Shown here piece by piece: positions 11,795 to 19,463 of a stretch of 64,000 bases of DNA (within the stretch, counting starts at the first letter, position 1; each line of letters begins with the position of its first letter). Origin of the DNA: a bacterium (GTDB lineage: Bacteria > Actinomycetota > Acidimicrobiia > Acidimicrobiales > CATQHL01). Under the pieces are notes generated by a model. It did not search any database. It had not been told where the DNA came from and was given only the letters and a program-made list of their open reading frames with translations. The translations under genes and the position numbers were made by a program. Location: contig JAPOVS010000018.1 in the NCBI GenBank assembly GCA_026708055.1, forward strand, positions 17,799-81,798, written 5' to 3'.

Positions 11795-12676
11795 TCAGGC
11801 GTGGGCGCGCTCGTCGTGGTCACCGTGGCCGTGGGCATGGTCGTCCAGCACCAGCAGGCGGTCCGCCGGATGCTCACAACACTCCTCGCCGGCAGCGGGC
11901 GGCTCGCAGCAGTCGGACTCGGGCCCGCAGCAGATACCGGCCTGCACGATCCGTCCCCGGTAGGAGGCCTGCAGGACCTCGGCGGTGAGGACCTCGGCCG
12001 GCGGCCCCTGCGCCACCAAGCGGTTCGCCAGCAGCACCACGTGATCGCAGCGGCGCGCCTCGTCCAGATGGTGCGTGGAAAGGACCACGATTGCACCCCT
12101 GGCACGTTCTGCGTTGATCACCTCCAGGATCCTCCCCTGGCTCGCCAGGTCCAGACCGGTGATCGGCTCGTCGAGCAGCAGGAGATCGCCCTCCTGCGTG
12201 ATGATCTGCGCCATGAGCACCCGCTGGCGCTGACCGGCGGACAGTTCGCCGAACTGCCGACCGAGCAGGTCGGCGACCTCCAGCAGTTCCGCGGCGTCGC
12301 GGACGCGGCGGCGGTCGGCGGCGGTCAGCCGGCCGACGAGCCCCCGGAACCTGTAGTGCCCCATGCCGATGACCTCGCGCACCGTCAGCGGCATCCAGAT
12401 GCCGATGCCGTGCTGGTGCGGCATGTACGCCACCCGGTCGGGTCCCTCGACGGTGCCGGATGCGGGGTCGATGAGCCCGGCCAGCACGTGCAGGAGCGTT
12501 GTCTTGCCCGAGCCGTTGGGGCCGATGAGGGCTGTCACCGAGCCAGCCCGCAGATGGATCGTGACATCGCTGAGCGCCGGGCGATCCCCGTAGCTGAAAG
12601 TGACGCCGTCGGCACGCAGCGACGGACGCCCGCCGATGGTCTCCGACTCGCGGGCCTGCTCGATGACCGTTGTCAT
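11795..12676 (-). CDS. znuC: metal (zinc-type) ABC transporter ATP-binding protein with 46-aa Cys/His-rich C-terminal tail
   Basis: Walker A GPNGSGKTT, signature LSAGQRQR, Walker B LLLLDEP. The tail reads ICCGPESDCCEPPAAGEECCEHPADRLLVLDDHAHGHGDHDERAHA. Confidence 0.8.
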   Translation of the reverse strand: MTTVIEQARESETIGGRPSLRADGVTFSYGDRPALSDVTIHLRAGSVTALIGPNGSGKTTLLHVLAGLIDPASGTVEGPDRVAYMPHQHGIGIWMPLTVREVIGMGHYRFRGLVGRLTAADRRRVRDAAELLEVADLLGRQFGELSAGQRQRVLMAQIITQEGDLLLLDEPITGLDLASQGRILEVINAERARGAIVVLSTHHLDEARRCDHVVLLANRLVAQGPPAEVLTAEVLQASYRGRIVQAGICCGPESDCCEPPAAGEECCEHPADRLLVLDDHAHGHGDHDERAHA

Positions 12677-12896
12677 GGCAGCCGAGAGGCTTCCTGCAGC
12701 CGGGCAGATCCTGCTGGTACAAGGTCTCCCACGTCTCTCACGCTAGCGGCGCGGGGCGCCGGGCGGAACGCCGTTCGAATCATGCGAGCCTCCTCCGGTC
12801 TGTTGATCCGCCCGGTTGGTGTTCGGTGGATCCGCGATCCCATAGCGAGCCCCTGGTTGAGATCGGTCCTCTGGTGACCCTGTCGCTGGGATTGGT

Positions 12897-12920
12897 TCTC
12901 ACAAGTGAGATCCGTTCTCA
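12897..12920. promoter_or_regulatory. overlapping inverted repeats TCTCAC-AA-GTGAGA and TGAGA-TCCGT-TCTCA in the AT-richer znuC/znuA divergent region; candidate Zur operator
   Basis: Read directly from the sequence. The heptamer TCTCATT recurs at 12916, 12946 and 14617. It does not closely match the TGAAAATGATTTTCA-type Zur box I remember. Confidence 0.3.
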
Positions 12921-14530
12921 TTTGCAGTATACTTTCGGGTATGAATCTCATTCTGAATCTCGGTCCAGCAACTCAGATCCGCCGCGCTCTCGCCGCAGTG
13001 CGCGGGACGCCGCTCCGGCGAGCGATCGCAATCGCCTGCGCGCTGGCACTTGTGCTGGCAAGTTGCGCATCCGACGAGCCCACGGCCACTGCTCCGGCCG
13101 CGGGCGCCCCGGCCCCGCCGCCGGCCGAACCCACCGCCCCGCCGCCGGCCGAGCCCGCCACCCCGCCCTCGCCCACCGAGGCCCCGGCCGCGGCGACCGA
13201 GAGCGACGGCGACCAGCCGCCGGCCCAGATCATCGCCACCACGACGATCTGGGCGGACATCGCCCGGAACGTGGCCTGCGGGGGGCTCGCCGAGGTGGAG
13301 TCCATCATCCCGCCGGTCGCCGACCCGCACGACTTCGAGGCGTCCATGGCCGACCGCGCCCGGCTCGACGCCGCCGACCTGATCGTGGAGAACGGCCTGG
13401 GACTCGAGCAGGCGTTGGCGGACACCCTCGCCTCGGCGGAGGCCGACGGCACACCGATTTTCTCCGCGGCCGCGCAGGTGACGACCATCGAGTTCGACGC
13501 CGACATGTTCGGAGGCCACGGACACGAGGACGAGCACGACCACGACGAAGAGGACGACCACGACGACCACGAGGACGAGCACGACCACGACGAAGAGGAC
13601 GACCACGACGACCACGAGGACGAGCACGACCACGACGAAGAGGACGACCACGACGACCACGAGGACGAGCACGACCACGACGAAGAGGACGACCACGACG
13701 ACCACGAGGACGAGCACGACCACGACGAAGAGGACGACCACGACGACCACGAGGACGAGCACGACCACGACGAAGAGGACGACCACGACGACCACGAGGA
13801 CGAGCACGACCACGACGAAGAGGACGACCACGACGACCACGAGGACGAGCACGACCACGACGAAGAGGACGACCACGACGACCACGAGGACGAGCACGAC
13901 CACGACGAAGAGGACGACCACGACGACCACGAGGACGAGCACGACCACGAGGAAATGGACGACCACGACGACCACGACGAGCACGACCACGGCTCGGAGG
14001 ACCCGCACGTGTGGCTCGATCCGGTGCGAGTGGCACAGGCGGTCGAGAGCCTCGCGGCAGTGCTCGTGGACCAGCACGGACTGGACGCGGGAAGGGTCTC
14101 GGCCTGCGTCGACGCCTATCTGGCCGAACTCGGCCAGCTCCACGAGGACATCACCGACACCCTGGCCACGGTGCCCTCAGCGAGCCGCAAGCTCGTGACC
14201 AACCACGACGCGTTCGGCTATTTCGCCGACCGCTACGACTTCGAGGTCATCGGCACCGTCATCCCGTCGCTCTCGACGCTGGCGGAGCCCAGCCCGGCGA
14301 GCCTGGAGGCGCTGGCGGAACTCATCGAGGAGACCGGGGTACCGGCCATCTTCTCCGAGTACCTCAGCCACAGCAGGGACATCGCGGCCGCTCTGGCCGA
14401 CCGGCTCGACGGCGTCAGCGTGGTCAGCCTCTATTCCGGCGCCCTCGGCGAGGAGGGGTCAGGGGCCGAGACCTACCTCAACATGATGCGTCACAACGCC
14501 CGGACCATCGCCGAGGCACTGGGCGGCTGA
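12905..14530 (+). CDS. znuA: zinc ABC transporter substrate-binding lipoprotein (cluster A-I, ZnuA-like) with ~155-aa His/Asp/Glu repeat loop
   Basis: Lipobox LVLASC. SBP core motifs IIATTTIWADI, DPHDFE, DPHVWLDP and TNHDAFGYFA. The true start is uncertain: GTG 12905, ATG 12941 or GTG ~12998. Confidence 0.8.
   Translation: MRSVLICSILSGMNLILNLGPATQIRRALAAVRGTPLRRAIAIACALALVLASCASDEPTATAPAAGAPAPPPAEPTAPPPAEPATPPSPTEAPAAATESDGDQPPAQIIATTTIWADIARNVACGGLAEVESIIPPVADPHDFEASMADRARLDAADLIVENGLGLEQALADTLASAEADGTPIFSAAAQVTTIEFDADMFGGHGHEDEHDHDEEDDHDDHEDEHDHDEEDDHDDHEDEHDHDEEDDHDDHEDEHDHDEEDDHDDHEDEHDHDEEDDHDDHEDEHDHDEEDDHDDHEDEHDHDEEDDHDDHEDEHDHDEEDDHDDHEDEHDHDEEDDHDDHEDEHDHEEMDDHDDHDEHDHGSEDPHVWLDPVRVAQAVESLAAVLVDQHGLDAGRVSACVDAYLAELGQLHEDITDTLATVPSASRKLVTNHDAFGYFADRYDFEVIGTVIPSLSTLAEPSPASLEALAELIEETGVPAIFSEYLSHSRDIAAALADRLDGVSVVSLYSGALGEEGSGAETYLNMMRHNARTIAEALGG
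13523..13972 (+). repeat. in-frame 45-bp tandem repeat, 9 perfect copies plus 1 degenerate copy (HEDEHDHDEEDDHDD)
   Basis: The unit cacgaggacgagcacgaccacgacgaagaggacgaccacgacgac repeats head-to-tail from 13523 to 13927. A tenth copy (13928-13972) has 3 substitutions. Confidence 0.95.
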
Positions 14531-14552
14531 AGGGCCCCCACCAGCAGGAACC

Positions 14553-14580
14553 GCGGCCGGCCGCGCCGGCGGCCGGCCGC
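14553..14580 (+). terminator. two copies of the self-complementary 12-mer GCGGCCGGCCGC, 4 nt apart, between znuA and znuB; possible GC-rich hairpin or attenuator
   Basis: Seen at 14553-14564 and 14569-14580. No U-tract follows, so function is uncertain. Confidence 0.2.
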
Positions 14581-14646
14581 GCAGGCCGGTCCGGCGGGAC
14601 TCAGGTTGCCAATGGCTCTCATTCTCCGAGCGACTAGAACACCCCT

Positions 14647-15555
14647 GTGGAGTTCCTGACCGACCCCTGGGCCTGGTGGATCGAGCCGTTCGCCGCCAAC
14701 CCGTTCATGCAACGGGCCCTCTACGCCGGCCTGCTGGCGGTGCTCTCCTGCTCGATCATCGGCACCTGGGTCGTCCTGCGGGGGCTCAGCTTCCTGGGCG
14801 ACGCTCTGGCCCACGGAGTGCTCCCCGGCATCGCCATCGCCACCATCCTCGGCGGGAACGTGACGCTCGGCGCCCTGCTGGCGGCTCTCGTCGTCGTCAG
14901 CGGGATCGGTGCCCTGCGCCGCTACTCGCCGCTACCCACCGACACCGCCATCGGCCTGCTGTTCGTCGGCATGCTTGCGTTGGCCGTGGTCATCATGTCC
15001 GGTCAGTCCGGCAGCTACGGGGGCGATCTCACCGCGCTGCTGTTCGGTTCGATCACCGGTGTTGACGACGCCGACATCCAGCGCCAGATCATCACCACCG
15101 CCATCTCCGCGGGCGGCTCGCTGCTGCTCTACCGGGCCTTCCTGGTACTCACCTTCAACGAGACCCAGGCCCAGATACTCGGCCTCCGGCCGCGGCTCAC
15201 GCACTTCCTGCTCCTGGCGCTGCTGGCGGCGGCCATCGTCTCCTCGTTCGAGGTGGTCGGCACGCTGCTGGTGTTCGCCCTGCTGATCGGGCCGCCGGCC
15301 ACCGCGGCGCTGCTGCTGCGGCGGGTGCCGCTGATCATGGCGGCGGCAGTGCTGCTCGGGGCGATCACCACGACGATCGGGATCCTCGTCAGCTACCACC
15401 ACGACACCGCGGCGGGGGGCACCATGGCGCTCAGCTCGGTGGCACTGTTCCTGGCTGTGCTGGCGCTGAAGGTCTTCGGCAGTTGGGCTATCGAGCGCCT
15501 GCGTCCCGCACTGCGTCGAACAGGTAGCGCCCCGACGACCGCTGCGCCAGGATGA
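14647..15555 (+). CDS. znuB: metal ABC transporter permease (ABC-3 family, ZnuB-like)
   Basis: Polytopic membrane protein with the motif LRGLSFLGDALAHGVLPGIAIA. znu gene context. Confidence 0.8.
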   Translation: MEFLTDPWAWWIEPFAANPFMQRALYAGLLAVLSCSIIGTWVVLRGLSFLGDALAHGVLPGIAIATILGGNVTLGALLAALVVVSGIGALRRYSPLPTDTAIGLLFVGMLALAVVIMSGQSGSYGGDLTALLFGSITGVDDADIQRQIITTAISAGGSLLLYRAFLVLTFNETQAQILGLRPRLTHFLLLALLAAAIVSSFEVVGTLLVFALLIGPPATAALLLRRVPLIMAAAVLLGAITTTIGILVSYHHDTAAGGTMALSSVALFLAVLALKVFGSWAIERLRPALRRTGSAPTTAAPG

Positions 15556-16054
15556 GGTAGGAGCGCTCGCCGGCCACGTCGTTGCGCACCAGCGTGCAGG
15601 CCACCCGCGCCACGGACGCCCCACAGACTGCGCCGTCGGGAAACATCGCCTCGGTGGTGTCGATGCTGCACACGGCTGCCAGGACCTCCGGTGTGGCCGG
15701 TCCGGTCAGCCGGAACATCGCCAGGCCATGCGTGAGGTTCACCGTGACGGCGCCGGGTGCCGGTGGCTCGGAGCCGGATCGCTCCCCCAGCAGCAGCCAC
15801 TCCCCGGGCCGGACGCCACAGACCAGCGAGCCCTCTCCGGCGGTCGTGGCGGCGCCGAAGTCAACTCCCAGATGCCGCTCCGCCTCCCCGTTGGGTTCGA
15901 AGCTCTCGTACACCAGCAGCTTCGGGGTCGCCGACTCGTCAGTGAGCCTCCAGCCGGTACCGCTCGCCTCACCGGCGCCGCCGTCGGCCACGGGTCCGAT
16001 GAATGCGGGAGTATCAGACACGGAGGCGCTCACCTTCGGGATCGAAGTGGGCAT
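15488..16054 (-). CDS. soxG: heterotetrameric sarcosine oxidase-family gamma subunit (N-methylglutamate dehydrogenase subunit D-like)
   Basis: ORF at the end of the soxBDAG-order operon, of typical ~190-aa size. The start overlaps the soxA stop. Confidence 0.65.
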   Translation of the reverse strand: MPTSIPKVSASVSDTPAFIGPVADGGAGEASGTGWRLTDESATPKLLVYESFEPNGEAERHLGVDFGAATTAGEGSLVCGVRPGEWLLLGERSGSEPPAPGAVTVNLTHGLAMFRLTGPATPEVLAAVCSIDTTEAMFPDGAVCGASVARVACTLVRNDVAGERSYLILAQRSSGRYLFDAVRDAGAR

Positions 16055-18971
16055 GGTGGGCGGTGATCACAGCTGAGCGGCGACGGCCGTCGGTGCCGAC
16101 AATGGCGAGGGTGCTCTCGGGGGCGGCGTGGGCGGCCTCCACCTGCGCCAGGCAGATCGAGCGCTCCAGCGTGGGCGAGAACCGCGACGAGGTGATGCGT
16201 CCGATGATCCGTTCGTTGCCGTCAGGCCCGGCGGCAACGAGCTGGCAGGCCTCCGGGGGGACGTAGGAGGGATCGGTCGGTTGCACGGCCACTAGTCGCG
16301 GCGGCGCATCGGGCGTCCTGCCGGGCTCACCCTCCAGTGCCCACTGGAGCTCGGGTCGGCCCGCGAAGTCCTCCTTGTCGAGCTTGATCAGCCACTCCAG
16401 GCCGGCCGTCGGGGCCTTCGTCAGGGCGTCGGTGTCCTGGCCGACGATGAAGTGTCCCTTCTCGAGGCGCATGATCCGCTGGGCCTCGAGGCCGAACGGC
16501 GCCACGCCCAGGTCGGCGCCGGCGGCAAGCAGCGCCTGCCACACGTGCGGTCCGTGACCGGCCGGCACGTGCAACTCGTAGGACAGCTCGCCGGTGAAAC
16601 CGATGCGCCACATGACGCAGCCCGCCACGCCGGCCACGGCGCCCGTGCGCACCTGCATGTACTTGAACGCCTCCGGGTTGAGGTCGACGCCGTCGACGAG
16701 GCGCTCCAGCAGGGTCCGCGACCGAGGCCCCGCCACGTTGATGCTGGTGTAGGCGTCGGTCACGGGCGTCACCCGCACCCGCCAGTCGGGGTGCTCGGTC
16801 TGCAGCCAGTTCTGGATCCAGATCTCCATGGTGCCCGCACCCGAGCTGGTGGTGCTCATCAGGTAGTGCTCCTCGCCCAGGCGCCCGGCGACGCCGTCGT
16901 CGAGGATCACGCCGTCTTCGGCGCACATCACGCCGTAGCGCACCGCGCCGATCGCCAGGCGCCGCCACTTGTTGACATAGAGGAGGCTCAGCAACTCGGT
17001 GGCGTCGGGCCCTTGCACGTCGAGCTTGCCGAGCGGGCTCACGTCGATGATGCCGACGTTTGCGCGGACGTTGCGGACCTCCGCGGCAGGATCGCCGTAG
17101 TGCTCGGGACGGATCCACTGGCCTGCCTGGATGGGTGCCATCCCGGCGGCGACGTGGAGGTCGTGCAGTGACGAGATGCGCTCCGGCTCGAACATCCGCC
17201 CCGCCAGCGCTCCCAGCGTCACAGGGGCGTACGGAGGCCGCCAGGTTGTGGTGCCCACCTCGGCGATGGTCGAACTGGTGGCCTCGGCGAGGACGGCCAC
17301 CGTGTTGACCGTCTCGAGCTTGCCCTGCGCCGAACCCATGGTGGCCGTGGTCCAGCGCTTGACGAGTTCCACGGAGTCGAAGCCTTCAGCGGCGCCGTGT
17401 CGCAGGTCGCGGGAACTCACGTCCTCGGAGAGGTCCACGATGCCGTCGGTGCTCGAGCGATACAGCTCGGGGTGCGGATCGCGGCTCAACCCGGCTCGCT
17501 CGTCGGGCGGGTACGGAGGCTCCGGACCGCCCACCGGCGCGGCCCAGGCGGTGGCAATCTGCAGGCGGTGCGCCAGCGCAGCGGCGCGTGCGGCCGCCAG
17601 GCGACCGGTGGCCTCGCCGTGCGCCACCAGTTCGTCGAGCGAACCGTCACCGGCCAGACCGCCGGTGCTGAGCACGGTCCCCTCCTCGAGGTGCGGGGAT
17701 CCGGGCGGCGATGGGAAGAAACGGGCCGTCGCCGGATCGTAGGTGGGCCGGACCCCGGCCATGTTCAGAAGCGATGTGGGCGCGGTCCAGCCGGCCGCGG
17801 TCACCAGCAGGTCGGCCTCCAGCCGGGTGCCGTCGGACAGCACGACCCGCTCCACACAGCTGCGGGGCCCGAGCGCGGCGGTCACCGTGCGGCCCGCCCG
17901 CGCGTCCACCAACTCCACCTCGGCACCTGCCGCGTCGAGGTCGCCGGCTGCTGCGTCGCCCGCCTCGTTGGCGCTGAAGACGACCGCTCTGGTTCCCGGA
18001 CGCACTGCCCAGAGGTTGAGAAGCCGGCGCACTCCCTGGGACAGCATCACGCCCGGGCGGTCGTTGCCGGCGAAGGTGTACGGGCGCTCGATCAGTCCTG
18101 CCGCCACGACGAGGACCTTGGTCCGCGCTTTGATGAGTCGCTCAGGGCCTGCCCCGCCCCGCTCCACGATGGCGAGCCAATTGTCCTCCCAACGGCCGGC
18201 GACGGTGGCGTCGGTGAGGATCTCCACGCCGGCGGCGTGGGCGGCATCGATCAACCCGGTGGCGAGGGCACGCTCACTCTCGCCGCCCCAACGCAGGTGG
18301 CCGCCGGGGGTGTGATCGTGCTCCACCAGGAGCACCCGCGCCCCTGCCGTGGCGGCCGCCGTCGCCGCCGCCAGCCCCGCCGGTCCCCCGCCGGCCACCA
18401 CCACGTCGGGATGGGCGTAGCGCTTGTCGTGGCGCCGCGGCGCGCTGTCGGGATCGACGACGCCCCCGGGGGCGAAGCGCGCCAGCACCTTCTCGTAAGC
18501 GGGCCACAGCCGGCGCGGCCGCATGAAGGTCTTGTAGTAGAAGCCCGCGCTGAGGGCGCGTCCACCGGCGGCGGTGAGCGCCTTGGCATCCCAGCGCAGC
18601 GACGGCCAGGCGTTCTGCGCCGACACCGCCATGCCGGCCTCCAGCAGCCGGTGGCCGGCGCGCACGTTCGGCTCCTCGCCCACCTGCACGAGCGTGTTCG
18701 GATCCCAGTAGTCGGCCGTCAGGATCCCGCGGGGCCGGTGGTACTTCATGCTGCGGGAGAACACCCGGCAGCCGCCGGCCGCCAGCGCCGAGGCGATCGT
18801 GTCGCCCGCCAAGCCGCTGACCGCGCGCCCGTTCCAGGTGAAGGTCAGCGGGCGTTCGCGGTCGATCACCTCGCCGGGCCGTGCGGGCAGCCGGGCAGGA
18901 CTCACCGGCACCGCCCGCTCGTCATTCTGGCCAAGGGCCCGACCCGGACCCGATCCGGGGCCGGAACCCAA
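16014..18971 (-). CDS. soxA: sarcosine oxidase-family alpha subunit (N-methylglutamate dehydrogenase subunit C-like)
   Basis: 985-aa ORF. It has the motif GDTIASALAAGG, a Rossmann motif VVVAGGGPAGLAAA and a GcvT-like folate-binding C-terminal half. The ORF-track start is TTG 18971. In-frame GTGs at 18911 and 18905 are alternative starts. Confidence 0.85.
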   Translation of the reverse strand: MGSGPGSGPGRALGQNDERAVPVSPARLPARPGEVIDRERPLTFTWNGRAVSGLAGDTIASALAAGGCRVFSRSMKYHRPRGILTADYWDPNTLVQVGEEPNVRAGHRLLEAGMAVSAQNAWPSLRWDAKALTAAGGRALSAGFYYKTFMRPRRLWPAYEKVLARFAPGGVVDPDSAPRRHDKRYAHPDVVVAGGGPAGLAAATAAATAGARVLLVEHDHTPGGHLRWGGESERALATGLIDAAHAAGVEILTDATVAGRWEDNWLAIVERGGAGPERLIKARTKVLVVAAGLIERPYTFAGNDRPGVMLSQGVRRLLNLWAVRPGTRAVVFSANEAGDAAAGDLDAAGAEVELVDARAGRTVTAALGPRSCVERVVLSDGTRLEADLLVTAAGWTAPTSLLNMAGVRPTYDPATARFFPSPPGSPHLEEGTVLSTGGLAGDGSLDELVAHGEATGRLAAARAAALAHRLQIATAWAAPVGGPEPPYPPDERAGLSRDPHPELYRSSTDGIVDLSEDVSSRDLRHGAAEGFDSVELVKRWTTATMGSAQGKLETVNTVAVLAEATSSTIAEVGTTTWRPPYAPVTLGALAGRMFEPERISSLHDLHVAAGMAPIQAGQWIRPEHYGDPAAEVRNVRANVGIIDVSPLGKLDVQGPDATELLSLLYVNKWRRLAIGAVRYGVMCAEDGVILDDGVAGRLGEEHYLMSTTSSGAGTMEIWIQNWLQTEHPDWRVRVTPVTDAYTSINVAGPRSRTLLERLVDGVDLNPEAFKYMQVRTGAVAGVAGCVMWRIGFTGELSYELHVPAGHGPHVWQALLAAGADLGVAPFGLEAQRIMRLEKGHFIVGQDTDALTKAPTAGLEWLIKLDKEDFAGRPELQWALEGEPGRTPDAPPRLVAVQPTDPSYVPPEACQLVAAGPDGNERIIGRITSSRFSPTLERSICLAQVEAAHAAPESTLAIVGTDGRRRSAVITAHHAHFDPEGERLRV

Positions 18972-18980
18972 TGGGGCCCT

Positions 18981-19166
18981 GGATCCCGGCCTCCGCCGGG
19001 ATGACGACAGTATGAAGGCACTATGGTCATTGCCGGCCTCCGCCGGAACGACGGGAGTATGAAGGCACCACGGTCATGGCCGGCCTCCGCCGGAACGACG
19101 GGAGTGTGTAGCCGCCGCAGTCACGGCCCGTCGCATCGTCATTCCAGCGAAGGCCGGAATCCAGTG
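18981..19166. repeat. cluster of four REP-like palindromic elements (consensus GGATTCCGGCCTTCGCCGGAATGACGA): three direct copies in a ~47-bp tandem frame and one inverted copy
   Basis: Copies at 18981-19008, 19026-19055 and 19073-19102, plus an inverted copy at 19137-19166. All lie in the soxD-soxA intergenic space. A fifth copy is at 56193-56225. Confidence 0.85.
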
Positions 19167-19181
19167 GTGCAGGCACCGCAG

Positions 19182-19463
19182 TCATGGCCGGTCCCGGCCC
19201 GGGAGCTCGTCGCTGCGAGCCAGCGGCGGGTTCTGGAAGCGGTTCTCGCCGCGGTGACGCTCGGCGACGAAGAAGCGCCCGCAGCCGAGGCGGCAGTACC
19301 AGGTCTCGCGGGTCCAGCCCGCCGGGTTGTGCTCCTCGTAGAGATAGGCGCGCCATTCCTGCGGTGTGGTGGCCGACGGGTCCGGCCGCGGTTCGCTCTC
19401 CCCCACCAGCGTGAGGTCAGCGGAGTTGCGGGGGCCGCAGTGGGGACAGGGCACGAGCAGCAT
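19182..19463 (-). CDS. soxD: sarcosine oxidase-family delta subunit (N-methylglutamate dehydrogenase subunit B-like)
   Basis: 93-aa product MLLVPCPHCGPRNSADL...WYCRLGCGRFF (Zn-ribbon cysteines) inside ORF 19182..20180. The start makes an ATGA overlap with the soxB stop. Confidence 0.8.
   Translation of the reverse strand: MLLVPCPHCGPRNSADLTLVGESEPRPDPSATTPQEWRAYLYEEHNPAGWTRETWYCRLGCGRFFVAERHRGENRFQNPPLARSDELPGRDRP

Noticed and set aside
12773-12781. GTTCGAATC, a T-psi-C-loop-like string suggesting a tRNA in the znuC/znuA intergenic region.
   Set aside because: The flanking pentamers (cgccg / catgc) cannot form a T-stem, and no acceptor or anticodon arms are evident.
13500-13990. A regularly spaced direct-repeat array that could superficially resemble a CRISPR array.
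   Set aside because: The units are contiguous (45 bp with no spacers), in-frame and inside the ZnuA coding sequence. This is a coding tandem repeat, not CRISPR.
15488-15555. A 68-nt convergent overlap between the znuB 3' end and the soxG 3' end.
   Set aside because: Convergent 3' overlaps of this size occur in compact high-GC genomes. The last residues of both products are non-conserved tails. Nothing else marks the overlap as functional.
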